Below are positions 52,417 through 64,000 of a DNA stretch of 64,000 nucleotides, piece by piece (position 1 is the first letter of the stretch; the number at the start of each line of letters is the position of its first letter). The notes below the pieces were generated by a model. The model had not been told where the DNA came from. It searched no databases and worked only from the letters and a program-made list of their open reading frames with translations. The translations under genes and the position numbers were made by a program. Source of the stretch: Octopus sinensis (taxonomy: Eukaryota); contig NC_043019.1 in assembly GCF_006345805.1 (NCBI RefSeq), positions 12,833,360 to 12,897,359 on the forward strand, in the 5' to 3' direction.

Positions 52417-53402
52417 ATATACATGTTTAGACACATCTTATACACACATACAATAAATACAGACACACACACATTAGTCAGACATATAGCCACATATACA
52501 CACACTGCAAGAATATATTTATTTATAAACTTTAAACTGAACTTCAATTGTTTTATAAACCTAACAGCGTGGTGGTACGTAAAGAAACGGCGTAAATTAA
52601 CATACACACTATAAACATAAAGCTATAAACCTGTAGTGATGGATAGATGTAGACTGACCACTCATCACAATAATATCAAATTTCAACCTCCCCCGCCGAA
52701 ACTATGAAGTGAATTACGACCTTCACCCCCCCCCAAAAAAAAAATCTAAAACCTATTATCAGACATTTATCTCTATATCACAAAACTTTTGTTTTACTAT
52801 AACTATTTTTTTCTCCGCCCTTACATCTAGTTAGTTCAGGTTAAATATGTATACTTATGTATGTGTGTATGTATGTATGTATGTATGTATGTATGTATGT
52901 ATGTATGTATGTATGCATGTATGTATGTATGTATGTATGCATGCACGTACGTGCGCATGTGTGTATGTATGTGTACGCGCACGTATGCATGTGCCCATGT
53001 ATGTGTGTGCGTACATGTACATGCGTATGTACGTGTGTATGCCCATACGTAGGTATGTATGTATGTTTGTACTCATGTGCTACGTATGTATGTGAGTATC
53101 TAGGAGAATGGGCAGACGCGTCTGTGTGTGTGTGTACATGTGTATGTGAACGTATGTCCGTGTACTGGTATGTGTCCGTCCAAGTTGTGTACATGACTGT
53201 TACTTTGTTGAAGGTTGTATATATACACACATATATGTTTGTATAGACGCACACATATATATATGTGTGGGTGTGTGTTTGTTCCTCTCTTCATCGTCGA
53301 ACTGTGAATGGATACAACGTTTAGGTGCAACTGTGCACATAGAACCATATACGTATATGCAAGTACACACAATCATATAGACACACCAATAAATATACAT
53401 AT

Positions 53403-54805
53403 TGTTACGGTTTAGCTGGTGCATTTCCCGGTGACCCACATTGGAATTATGGTTCTGGCATGTCTAGTAGAAAAGTGACAGTCTTTTGTTCACGGAAGAC
53501 TAATGGGTTTTGGAGGGACCTTTCTGACCTTGTGCGGTCGATTGGAGGTCATTCTGAGCACCCCTTGAAGAAGTAAAGAGGAAGACAGATTAAGGGCTGA
53601 GAGCAAATAGAGATAGAGTATAAGGCTAAAGGGACAGATGGAGAGGGTAAAAGATTGAGGCGATATAGATAGAGTAAGGGAATCTAAGAGCAGATGGAGA
53701 GGGTATTGACAGTAAGAGAGAAGGACAGGCAGAGAGTATGGCAGAGCTGTCATGAGAGAGATGGAGTATAAGACTAAGGGACAGTTAGAGAGGGTATGAG
53801 CAGTACAGAGGGAGATGAGGGAGTGGAAGAAGCACAGAGACGAAGTGAGGTCTTGGCAGTTGGGAGTTGGTCGTCAGGAAGGACGGATCTGGGCAGTCGT
53901 TGAGCGGTCGTCGAAGAACACAGACGGACTCTGGAGGTCAGAGCGAGTGGATGGAACCTTGGATTTAAGGAGCAAGCGTTGGGATTCCTGGGAGCGAGCT
54001 GGGATGCGAGGAGGCCTAGGGGCAAGCGATTGGAATATGCAGAGGGATATGTACAGAGGATTTGGCAGTATTCAGAGGAATTGGCAGGATTGAGAGGAAT
54101 GGACACTGGCGGATTCAATTAGGAAGTGAGGTATGTGTTTGTGCATTGATATGTGTCACGGTGTAAAGAACAGTCAGTATTCAGAGGAATTGGCAGGATT
54201 GAGAGGAATGGGACACTGGCAGATTCAATTAGGAAGTGAGGTATGTGTTTGTGCATTGATATGTGTCACGGTGTAAAGAACAGTCAAGGACTCTGTCGAT
54301 GTGGTCGATAAGGACATTGTGAATTGAGTAAAGGACTTGTTGAATTGTAACGTGAATTGTTGTGATACGAACATTGTATAATGTATCGAAGTGTTCTGAT
54401 TGGACTGTGACGTATCGTGAACATTATTTGATCTGGACTTGTTGTGTCGTTACTGAACACTGTTATATTGTTTACATTGCATGTTGTTAAATGCTTTGAT
54501 CTGTTGTATGATGTATTGAGTAGTCACGTGCATGTCTTCCTTTAAATGTCTGCCTTAAATGTATTTGATGTTGTAACAATTGTGATTGTCGTATAAACTG
54601 TTGTTTGAATATATAAGCCAGTGTTGCCAGTTGTTGCCTCTCTTTGGGTTGTGTCTCGGGTTGTGCCTCTGTATCTCTGTGCTGTTGAGGTTGTGGCAGT
54701 ATCTATCTGTATCTCCTCTCTCCGCCTCTTTGGGTTCCGTGGCGGAACTAGTTGTGAGCCGTTCGGGACGAGCGACGACGGGCGATTCCAGTCCGTTCCG
54801 TAACA
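53403..54805 (+). mobile_element. Solo-LTR-like element, 1403 bp
   Basis: TGTTACGG...CCGTAACA termini, 4-bp TSD ATAT, TATATAAG at ~54610, internal ~109-bp tandem duplication (54066/54175). Orientation tentative. Confidence 0.6.
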
Positions 54806-54825
54806 ATATAATCTTAAAATGCTCA

Positions 54826-55168
54826 TAGGCGCAGGAGTGGCTGTGTGGTAAGTAGCTTGCTAAACAACCACATGGGCAAGTGTCTTATGCTATAGCCCCG
54901 GGCCGACCAATGCCTTGTGAGTGGATTTGGTAGACGGAAACTGAAAGAAGCCTGTCGTATATATGTATATATGTATGTGTGTGTGTGTTTGTGTATCTGT
55001 GTTTGTCCCCCTAGCATGCTGGTGTGTTTACGTCCCCGTCACTTAGAGACTGATAGAATAAGTACTGGGCTTACAAAAGAATAAGTCCCGGGGTCGATTT
55101 GCTCGACTAAAGGCGGTGCTCCAGCATGGCCGCAGTCAAATGATTGAAACAAGTAAAAGAGTAAAGAG
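54826..55168 (+). mobile_element. CORE-type SINE with internal deletions
   Basis: Matches the consensus with two gaps. Confidence 0.8.
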
Positions 55169-55249
55169 TATATGTATTCTTATCCACTTCTACATACATA
55201 TGTCCTATTACACACACGCATAAACATACATACGCACACCCACACACAC

Positions 55250-55600
55250 ATACATACGTAATACGATACAGTATACAGCCTTTCGTCTGCTTATACAGTT
55301 TGTTGCCAAACTTTAACATATGTGTTTTAAGCGTCATTCTCAGGCTGACACCGATAGCATGTGCGATGGTGGTTCTAATGTCGTGTGCACTTGAAGGTGG
55401 GTAGTCCGGCTTCGTCCATCCCTGCCAGCGTTCACAGTGAGTCTTCCTGTATGCTGAGGTAATGGTAGGTGGTCTACCTCGTTTGTTACGGGTGGGACAA
55501 GCATATAGGTTATTGCGCGATAGGTATTCATTGGTACACGTCAGGGTCAGGAAGAGCCCTAGTTCATATACATCCACATTCTTAAATATCATACCACTCT
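55250..55600 (-). mobile_element. Penelope-like RT fragment
   Basis: TLKTHMLKFGNKLYKQTKGC resembles the PLE RT FxFxxxxYxQxxG motif. Confidence 0.5.
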
Positions 55601-55637
55601 CACTAACTATTTCTATTCATTTATATCTTTATATATA

Positions 55638-55912
55638 TATATTAGAAGAAATGAGGTACTCAGAAATCCGGATGGTTTTATATTTACAGATATTTATTTG
55701 TATATTACATGTTTTTATACATCATATAACTTAGATCATGTATTAGCGCTTTCTCCCATTCTAGTGGGGTTTTCAAATCAAAGCCCACTAGAATGGGAGA
55801 AAGCGCTAATATGATATAAGTTATATGATGTATAAAAACATGTAATATACAAATAAATATCTGTAAATATAAAACCATCCGAATTTCTGAGTACCTCATT
55901 TCTTCTAATATA
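55638..55912. repeat. Long palindrome, ~130-bp arms, ~15-nt loop
   Basis: Arms ~97% identical; the same peptide appears on both strands in the ORF track. Confidence 0.92.
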
Positions 55913-56335
55913 AAATACTGTACATCATCTCCAACCTTCTAATATATATATATATATATATATTATATATCGCGTTGTTTGTTTTTTTGGTGCTTTCTTG
56001 TTTGGATTAACTTTATATATATATATATAATATATATATAAAGTTAATCCAACAAGAAAGCACCAAAAAACACAACAACGCGAGGACGTGAAACAACTAC
56101 CTCGTATGTGATGGGCACGGTATCTTTTTAGTGCTGAGTTCGTCTGCGAGTCTAACCCGCTCCTGGCAACAGTATTTGTGAAGCTCACAAGATTCGGAGG
56201 CCAAGCCTCTGAAAATACCGCTGGGAAGATTATCAGACTGAGTGACAGAGGTCATTACTTGACAAGCATAGCAAAAGTATCTTTTCACAATGAACTAAAG
56301 AAATTGAATAATAGAAGAAACGCAATATATATATA

Positions 56336-56403
<68 letters not shown>

Positions 56404-57249
56404 CGGGAAGCTTTATGAAAATAGACAAAAGACGAAGGCAGGTGGAAAACAAACGAACAATTGTATTAGTATGGCGCTCAGGAAATATAGATAAAACAAG
56501 TCTTTAACGTTTCGAGCCTACACTCTTCAACAGAAAGATACACAGAGAGAAAAAAAACACAGAAAGAAGGAGAGAAAAAAAATGCGTGCAGTAGCTAACG
56601 AATCAACATGGCGATCTGAGATAGGGGTTGTCTATGGGATAACGTATATCCAATATACTGCTAGTGAAGTACCCAACAAAGTTAATACATAAATGTTAAT
56701 GATTGCGATGCAATTAATTCATTTACTGTATTATATGGGCAAAGGTAAAATGATTTACCACAAATTACTAATACAAGATAAGAAAATGGAGAAATACATC
56801 TAAATCAATATCAATTACCAGATAATACTCAATTGACTACTACTTTGTTGTTATGTTTTTATATTAACTTACACTCTTATGTGGTGTGTGTTTAATAAAG
56901 TATGTGATTGAGTATTATCTGGTAATTGATATTTGATTTTGATGTATTTCTCCATTTTCTTATCTTATATATATATATATATATATAGTGTTAGGTGTGA
57001 TATGTACGGAATTGAATATTGAGGGGAAAAAATCTTTTTATTTCTTCATTATTATTAGCGCTTTCGTTCCTCTCTAGTATTTGTCAAATACAATTCTGTG
57101 AATGTACAAACAGCTTGTTTATTTATATAAATCAGATGATTTTGCGGGGTTTTGTCCAGAAGAGAACATTGTTTTGGGGGCGGGGTGAGATTCCAAGACA
57201 ATGGAGACGGATAGAGAGAAATATAGGTAGGTAGATAGGCAGATAGGTT

Positions 57250-57288
<39 letters not shown>

Positions 57289-57734
57289 GATGGATGGATG
57301 GATAGATAGATAGATAGATAATGTTTTCTTTTGACACATTCTACCAGTATACGAAGTTTCAAATTTTTTAGTTAACTAGGAAAATCTGGCCTTCAAAAAG
57401 AAAAGATCCACTATGTATGTGTGTGTATATGTTTGTGTGTCTGTGTTTGTCCCCCCAACATCGCTTGACAACCAACCGATGCTGGTGTGCTTACGTCCAT
57501 GTAACTTAGCGGTTCAGCAAAAGAGAGACCGATAGAATAAGTACTAGGCTTACAAAGAATAAGTCCTGGGGTTGATTTGCTCGACTGAAATGGTGGTGCT
57601 CCAGCATGGCCACAGTCAAATGACTGAAACAAGTAAAAGAGAGAAAGAGAGAGTATAACACAAAAATACAGTACTCGCGTAGCCGCGCTAGCTAGTCGTG
57701 ACTAGTCGATCCTTACTTTGTGTTTTATTTACTT

Positions 57735-57945
57735 TACTCTTTTACTTGTTTCAGTCATTTGACTGCGGCCATGCTGGAGCACCGCCTTTAGTCGAGGAAA
57801 TCGACCCCGGGACTTATTCTTTTGTAAGCCCAGTACTTATTCTATCGGTCTCTTTTGCCGAACCGCTAGGTGACGGGGACGTAAACACACCAGCATCGGT
57901 TGTCAAGCAAAGCTAGGGGACAAACAGACACACAAACATACATAC

Positions 57946-57976
<31 letters not shown>

Positions 57977-58151
57977 CACATATATACAACAGGCTTCTTT
58001 CAGTTTCCGTCTACCAAATCCACTCACAAGGCATTGGTCGGCCCGGGGCTATAGCAGAAGACACTCGCCCAAGATGCCACGCAGTGGGACTGAACCCGGA
58101 ACCATGTGGTTGTTTAGCAAGCTACTTACCACACAGCCACTCCTGCGCCTA
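57735..58151 (-). mobile_element. CORE-type SINE preceded by a Mutator-MITE fragment (57668-57735)
   Basis: Reverse-complement match. Confidence 0.85.
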
Positions 58152-58531
58152 TTATTATTTTTTATTATTTGTATATATTAATCTTTGGTTAACTTTTGGT
58201 TTTGACGTTGTAACGTTGAATTCGGGGATTTCCCTGACCGTCCTATATTGTCGAGAAGCTGATGAATTGTGCGTGCGTGCTTGTTCCTCTGTGTGTGTGT
58301 GTGTATGTGTGTGTTTGGTGTGTGTGTGTGTGTATGTGTGTGTGCGTGTGTATATGTGTGTGTGTATGTGTGTGTGTGTATGTGTTTGTGCGTGTGTGTG
58401 TATGTGTGTGTATATGTGTGTATGTGTGTGTATGTATGTGTGTGTGTGTATGTGTGTGTGTGTATGTGTGCTCCTTTGCTCCTCTGTGTGTTATTTCTAC
58501 ATTCAACAACATATAAATAAATAAACAAAAC

Positions 58532-58567
<36 letters not shown>

Positions 58568-59206
58568 CAAGCACGCACAAGCCATTAGCATCCCGGATCT
58601 TTTCGGTTTGAACGGCAGTTTTTTCTAGCGGTGTCATATGAAATTGTCACTCATAATTATGACCCTAGTATCGATCTATTGCATTTCACTCTGTTTTAGG
58701 GTTAGTTAGGGTTAGGGGTGGGGGGAAGGGTATCTTTTTTTCTTCACAAATGGAAATAAACCCAATCTGTTTCTTAAACGAGGGACATATTCATACGGCA
58801 CAGAATGTTTTCACCTCAATAGACGTCATTGATTAGTTGAAATTGCAGAAATTGAAGAAAAAAAACAACAACAAATATCTTAGAAACCATAGGATTTTCT
58901 CAATAAAGCCAAGAGAAAAAGATGTTTTATAAACACATTCTATCAGTATACGAAGTTTAAAAGTGTTTAGTTACGTGGAAATTATTTTTAAAAACTGCCG
59001 GTCAAACCGAAAAGATCCCTACATTCCACAACATAAATAAAATTTAAAAAAAACAGAAAAACAACACACATACACACACACACACACACACACAACACAA
59101 CAAGCACGTACGCACAACCCATTAGCTTTCTCTTCTCAACAAGACGACATGTCGACAGGGAATTCACCAAATTCATTGTTTGCATTATTTCGAGTCATTT
59201 ATTTTA

Positions 59207-59430
59207 TCTCTCTATATATAAACGGCAGTTTGTCTGTGCGTGTTTCTGTGTGTCTGTTTTCTTGTACCCTCACTCTGACCACGGCTTTCAACCGATTCTG
59301 ATGAAACTTGACACACACATAGCCCAATGTCATAATTTAAACTAACGCAGCGAAAATTTTGAAAAGTTCCCCCAGTTCTGAAAAATATCGATAAAATCGA
59401 CATGGGGTCGAGAATCAGAAACAAACCACA
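59207..59430 (+). mobile_element. Helitron-like 5' end running into the gap
   Basis: A|TCTCTCTATATATAAACGGCA, same start as the 42350 copy. Confidence 0.6.
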
Positions 59431-59530
59431 NNNNNNNNNNNNNNNNNNNNNNNNNNNNNNNNNNNNNNNNNNNNNNNNNNNNNNNNNNNNNNNNNNNNNN
59501 NNNNNNNNNNNNNNNNNNNNNNNNNNNNNN
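59431..59530. other. Assembly gap (100 N)
   Basis: Seen directly. Confidence 1.
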
Positions 59531-59789
59531 CAGATTGTTTGTTTTCACGAAGTGACGTAGAAAGCTCTTTTGTGACGTACTAACGTTCGTTTGAAAACTG
59601 TAAACAAGTGGGTGTAACGAACGTATATGCAACACGAAATAACTAAACTGATGTGCATATTGTTTTATTTTTTCGCATGTATCCAATGTTCTTAATATTT
59701 TTATACACGGGACTCGTATCATTTACTTTGATAAAATTTTATTCGTGCCGATTTCACTTGGGCTGTGTAATTTGTAGAACGGAAATATT

Positions 59790-60500
59790 ATATACATTTT
59801 CCGGCCACATGTTACTAGGTGGTTACTCAAAAGGTATCTGACGGACTGGGGTCTTAATCTGTTGCCGGTGTACACGGGAGCGTTCTGATAGTGCGTTTCC
59901 CGTCTGACCTACATATATTTCTTCACAATTTGGGCATTTGATGCAGTAAATTAAATTTCTGGCTTGTGAATATTTCCCGGTTTTTGTGTTTTATATTGAC
60001 CGGTATGTATGAATTGGCATGTGCCACATCGGCTATCATTGCATTTAGATACAATGAAGTTTGGTCTTTGTTGCTAAGGTCAAATTTTGCCTTTGTTAGT
60101 AATGTTTCAAGTTTTAGGTGGTCTTTTACTAAGCACCATAGCTCGATCCGTGATTATGTCTTTTAATTCATTACTTTGGGCATGATTGGTAGGTTGCTTT
60201 GGCAATGTTGAAGATATTCTGGTGACATGGGTTGTGTGTCACTATGAATGGTATGACTTGTTCTTGTTTTCCTCTTCCTTGGGTTGTTCTAAGTTTTGTA
60301 TGGGTTATTTTTATAGCCCGCTGTATGCCATTTTCTATAAGTAGAGATGGGTATTTGTTTGAGCAAAAACTCTTAGTTCTATTAGGCGTTTGTTCCTGAT
60401 ATTTGCATCTCTACAAATGGTACAAATTCTTCTGGCTAGGCAGTATGGGATGTTACGTTTTGTATGACAGCGCGTTCGCGTCAGGTTCAATTCGCTTCGT
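59790..60500 (-). mobile_element. Penelope-like element fragment: RT C-terminus + GIY-YIG endonuclease
   Basis: HTKRNIPYCLARRICTIC and NLIYCIKCPNCEEIYVGQTGNALSERSRVH in frameshifted pieces. Confidence 0.82.
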
Positions 60501-61754
60501 CGCTTCGTTTCATTTCTTTCCTCCCAGTATGTTTTAATATATATATATATATACATCTCTTATTATAAAAGGCAGATTATCTGCCTCCCTTTGGGAGTTA
60601 TAGAAATCTACAATATAGGATTTCTTCAATTACAATTTACCTAGCATTTTTAAGAGTAGAATGCATCGGGTTCATGCCAGGTCCAGTTTTTAAAATTAAA
60701 CTCCAATTAAGCAAAATTTACAGAAAACTCACATTCTGGTGTGTATGTCAAATGCTTTCTTAATGTGGTTTACACCACACACACACGCAACACAGTGTGC
60801 AACGAATAAAATGAAAGTAAATAGCGACAGAGTGATTTGAGGAAGACTAAACTGAAAGTATTTAAACCACTACTCAAAAAAATAAAAAACACAGCAAACA
60901 GAAACAAATAAATAATACGATTTACTCCTCACGCAATTTCTTCAATTAGAGTGTACCCATGATTTTTCAGAGTACTTCAGTGGGTGATGCCATAAAACAT
61001 TTCTTTCAATTTTACCACCAATTAGACAAAATTCGAGAAAACTCAATTTTAACATATCCTCCGAAAGCATTGATGTACATGTGTGCGTGCGTGGGTGTGT
61101 GTGTGTCATTCCTCACACACACGCATACACAGACATATATGAGAGTGGCGAACACAAACGTTTCAAACAACTACATACAAACACGTGTGTGTTTGTTATT
61201 AGTAAAAAGGCGCCAAAACACAACTCACTTATCATTCCAACACATTTGCAAAGACACGGACGGTGGAATTGCTATAACAATACAGAAAAGGTAAATGGTT
61301 TTATTTTACTCTGTATATTTTTATTATATAATTATATATAGATATATGTATATATAATTGCAGTATGAAAACAGGTTTATGTATAACAGACGACACTTAT
61401 ATATAGTTATTATAATAAGAGATTAATAAATGTATGCATCCGTTTAACCCTTTCGTTACCAAACCGCCTGAATTTACCTATTCATATTTAAATGAGAATA
61501 TCAGAGCAAATCTCTTTAGTACATTCGTGAAACCACGTATTATACTTCGTAAACACTTCAACTACGTTTTGTACAAAATCGAAGGTAATTTTAATTCCGT
61601 GAATTATGGGAGATTTTTTTCGAAATTTGTTCCTTGTGTTTTCAAAATTTGTAATTCTGACAAAAAATGGATACGAATTCATTATACAAGCAGCGAGTCA
61701 GAATTCGAAGGATTTCTACTGAAGACCTCATAAATCAACTGGCGATGTTTCGCA

Positions 61755-62504
61755 TGTCGTAGCACAAGTTTTCCGTCGATTTCCGTAAAAAACTTTTATT
61801 TTTTTACATAAGTAATGAGAGCAAAAGAGACTAAGAGGAAGCGATTTTATGACGAGGAAGTTTCTCTTTGAAGTTACCGTCTAGGGGAAGCATCGATGTA
61901 CATGTGTATATGTGTGTGTTTGATGGGGTGTGGGAGACAGACGGTATGTTGTGTAAGTGAAGTGCTTCTGTTAGTGTGTGTGAAGAGACAGAGTAATGTG
62001 TGAAAGAGAGATAACTGATTTTTTACTCGGTGTGTGTGTGTATGTATGTATCTATGTATGTGTGTGTGTATGTATGTGTGTGTGTGTATGTATGTATGGC
62101 CGATTCATCGTAATTACAATGAATCGGCCATACATACATACACACACACACATACACATACTTACACACACACATACATAGATACATACACACACACACA
62201 CACATACATACATACATATACACACACACCGAGTAAAAAATCAGTTATCTCTCTTTCACACATTACTCTGTCTCTTCACACACACTAACAGAAGCACTTC
62301 ACTTACACAACATACCGTCTGTCTCCCACACCCCATCAAACACACACATATACACATGTACATCGATGCTTCCCCTAGACGGTAACTTCAAAGAGAAACT
62401 TCCTCGTCATAAAATCGCTTCCTCTTAGTCTCTTTTGCTCTCATTACTTATGTAAAAAAATAAAAGTTTTTTACGGAAATCGACGGAAAACTTGTGCTAC
62501 GACA
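61755..62504. repeat. 750-bp spacerless palindrome inside a piggyBac-like element (TTAACCCTTTCG at ~61444)
   Basis: Centre GTAATTAC at 62110-62117. Arms identical except for microsatellite length and one base. Confidence 0.95.
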
Positions 62505-62557
62505 ACCGAAACAAACGAAACGTTGCCATCTAACTCTATGACTGAAAAAATAAAGCA

Positions 62558-62955
62558 TCTTTATATAAGAGTGAAGTTGTGTGTCTGTCTCCTACGATTT
62601 AGATTCCTAACTACTCCCAGATTTTGCGGTGCAGTTTAACCAAAAGCGGGTATCTTATAGTCGTGATTCATATCGAGCCCTTCTGGGTATTAGCGCGCGT
62701 CTACGATGAGTCTATACGATTTAAAAAAAAATTTACCATCATATTTTTTTTCCATTTTAATGCATTTTTTCGCTTTTATATAAGGGAAGTAACTCTCTAA
62801 AAATATCTACGATGTGTCAACGATTTAAAAAAAAATTCCTTAATTTTTTTTCAATTTTTAATGCATTTTTTTGCTATTTTTTGGCTATAACTCTCTAAAA
62901 ATGCTTATATAGTTATTTCCCTTACAAACCCGAGCAACGCCGGGCGATACTGCTA

Positions 62956-62956
<1 letters not shown>
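62558..62956 (+). mobile_element. Non-autonomous Helitron, complete 399-bp copy
   Basis: A|TC ... CCCGAGCAACGCCGGG ... CTAG|T. Confidence 0.9.
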
Positions 62957-62995
<39 letters not shown>

Positions 62996-63019
62996 TTATA
63001 TATATATATATATAACACC

Positions 63020-63118
<99 letters not shown>

Positions 63119-63145
63119 TGTATGTATGTATGTATGTATGTATGT

Positions 63146-63208
<63 letters not shown>

Positions 63209-63454
63209 TAGTGGCTGTGTGGTAAGTAGCTTACATACCAACCACATGGTTCCGGGTTCAGTCCCACTGCGTGGCACCTTGGGCAAGTGTCTTCTACTAT
63301 AGCCTCGGGCCGACCAAAGCCTTGTGAGTGGATTTGGTAGTCGGAAACTGAAAGAAGCCCCTCATATATAAATATATGTTGCCGTATTTTACAATCCTGT
63401 AAATAATAATAATAATGATATGTTTAGAAGCTTAAAGCTTATGGTGATCACCGT

Positions 63455-64000
63455 GCAAAAGGCGTTGCTGGTAACGATCATGCTCGAATGGTGCTTTTTA
63501 CGTGCCACCGGCACGGAAGCCAGTTAGCCGCTCAGGCAACGATCACGCTCGGATGGTGCTCTTAGCACTCAACTAGTACGGATGCCAGTCATCGAATTTG
63601 ATTTCGATTTCACTTGTTTCAACAGGTCTTCGCACGCCGAGTTTAGTGTCCAATGAAGGCTAGTTATGCATAAGTGGGCTGGTTACACCCCTGACATAGG
63701 TTATGTTCTCATTTGGCTTGCCGGGTCTTCACAAGCACAGCATATTTCCTAAAGTCTCGGTCACTAGTCATTGCCTCGGTGAGGCTTAGTGTTCGATGGT
63801 CGTGCTTCACTACTTCATCCCAGATCTTCCAGGGTCTACCTCTTCCACAGGTTCCCTCAACCGCTAGGGTGTAGCACTTTTTCACACAGCTATCCTCGTC
63901 CATTCTCGCCACATGACCATACCAGCTAAGTCGTCTCTCTTGCACACCACATCTGATGCTTCTTAGGTCCAACTTTTCTCTCAAGGTACTTACACTCTGT
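63455..64000 (-). mobile_element. RTE ORF2 C-terminus + 3' UTR
   Basis: RRLSWYGHVARMDEDSCVKKC...GRGRPWKIWDEVVKHD, followed by the same 3' UTR/VNTR as 34076. Confidence 0.88.

Noticed and set aside
58695-58725. TTAGGG repeats as an interstitial telomere or fusion scar
   Set aside because: Only 2-3 units, always at the same position inside a MITE family.

Overview
Repeat-dense animal genomic DNA. It is most likely from Octopus (inferred from the SINE/RTE/MITE complement and extreme microsatellite load), with a 100-N assembly gap at 59431-59530. Three spliced protein-coding genes were assembled by eye from GT-AG sites and reading frame. (1) ATG14, minus strand: coding exons 1-4, running off the window start. 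(2) DTWD1, plus strand: complete, 4 coding exons, 302 aa. (3) An unnamed 4-exon minus-strand gene (44404->36264, 157 aa): signal peptide, ~90-aa Cys/Trp domain with Ig-like features, Thr-rich stalk and GPI-like hydrophobic tail. The ORF track does not show gene 3 as a unit; it is the most novel object here. Its two middle exons are bracketed by a 93-97% identical inverted duplication and sit behind a NAGNAG acceptor whose proximal choice creates a stop. The rest is TE-derived: several tRNA-derived SINE families, RTE 3' ends with a ~62-bp VNTR, CR1, HERO-like and Penelope-like fragments, a deleted mariner, Helitrons, Mutator-like, hAT-like and piggyBac-like MITEs, a solo-LTR-like element, a modular satellite and several long palindromes (up to 750 bp). 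No CRISPR array, rRNA or true tRNA gene was found. All family names come from motif recognition; no database search was run.
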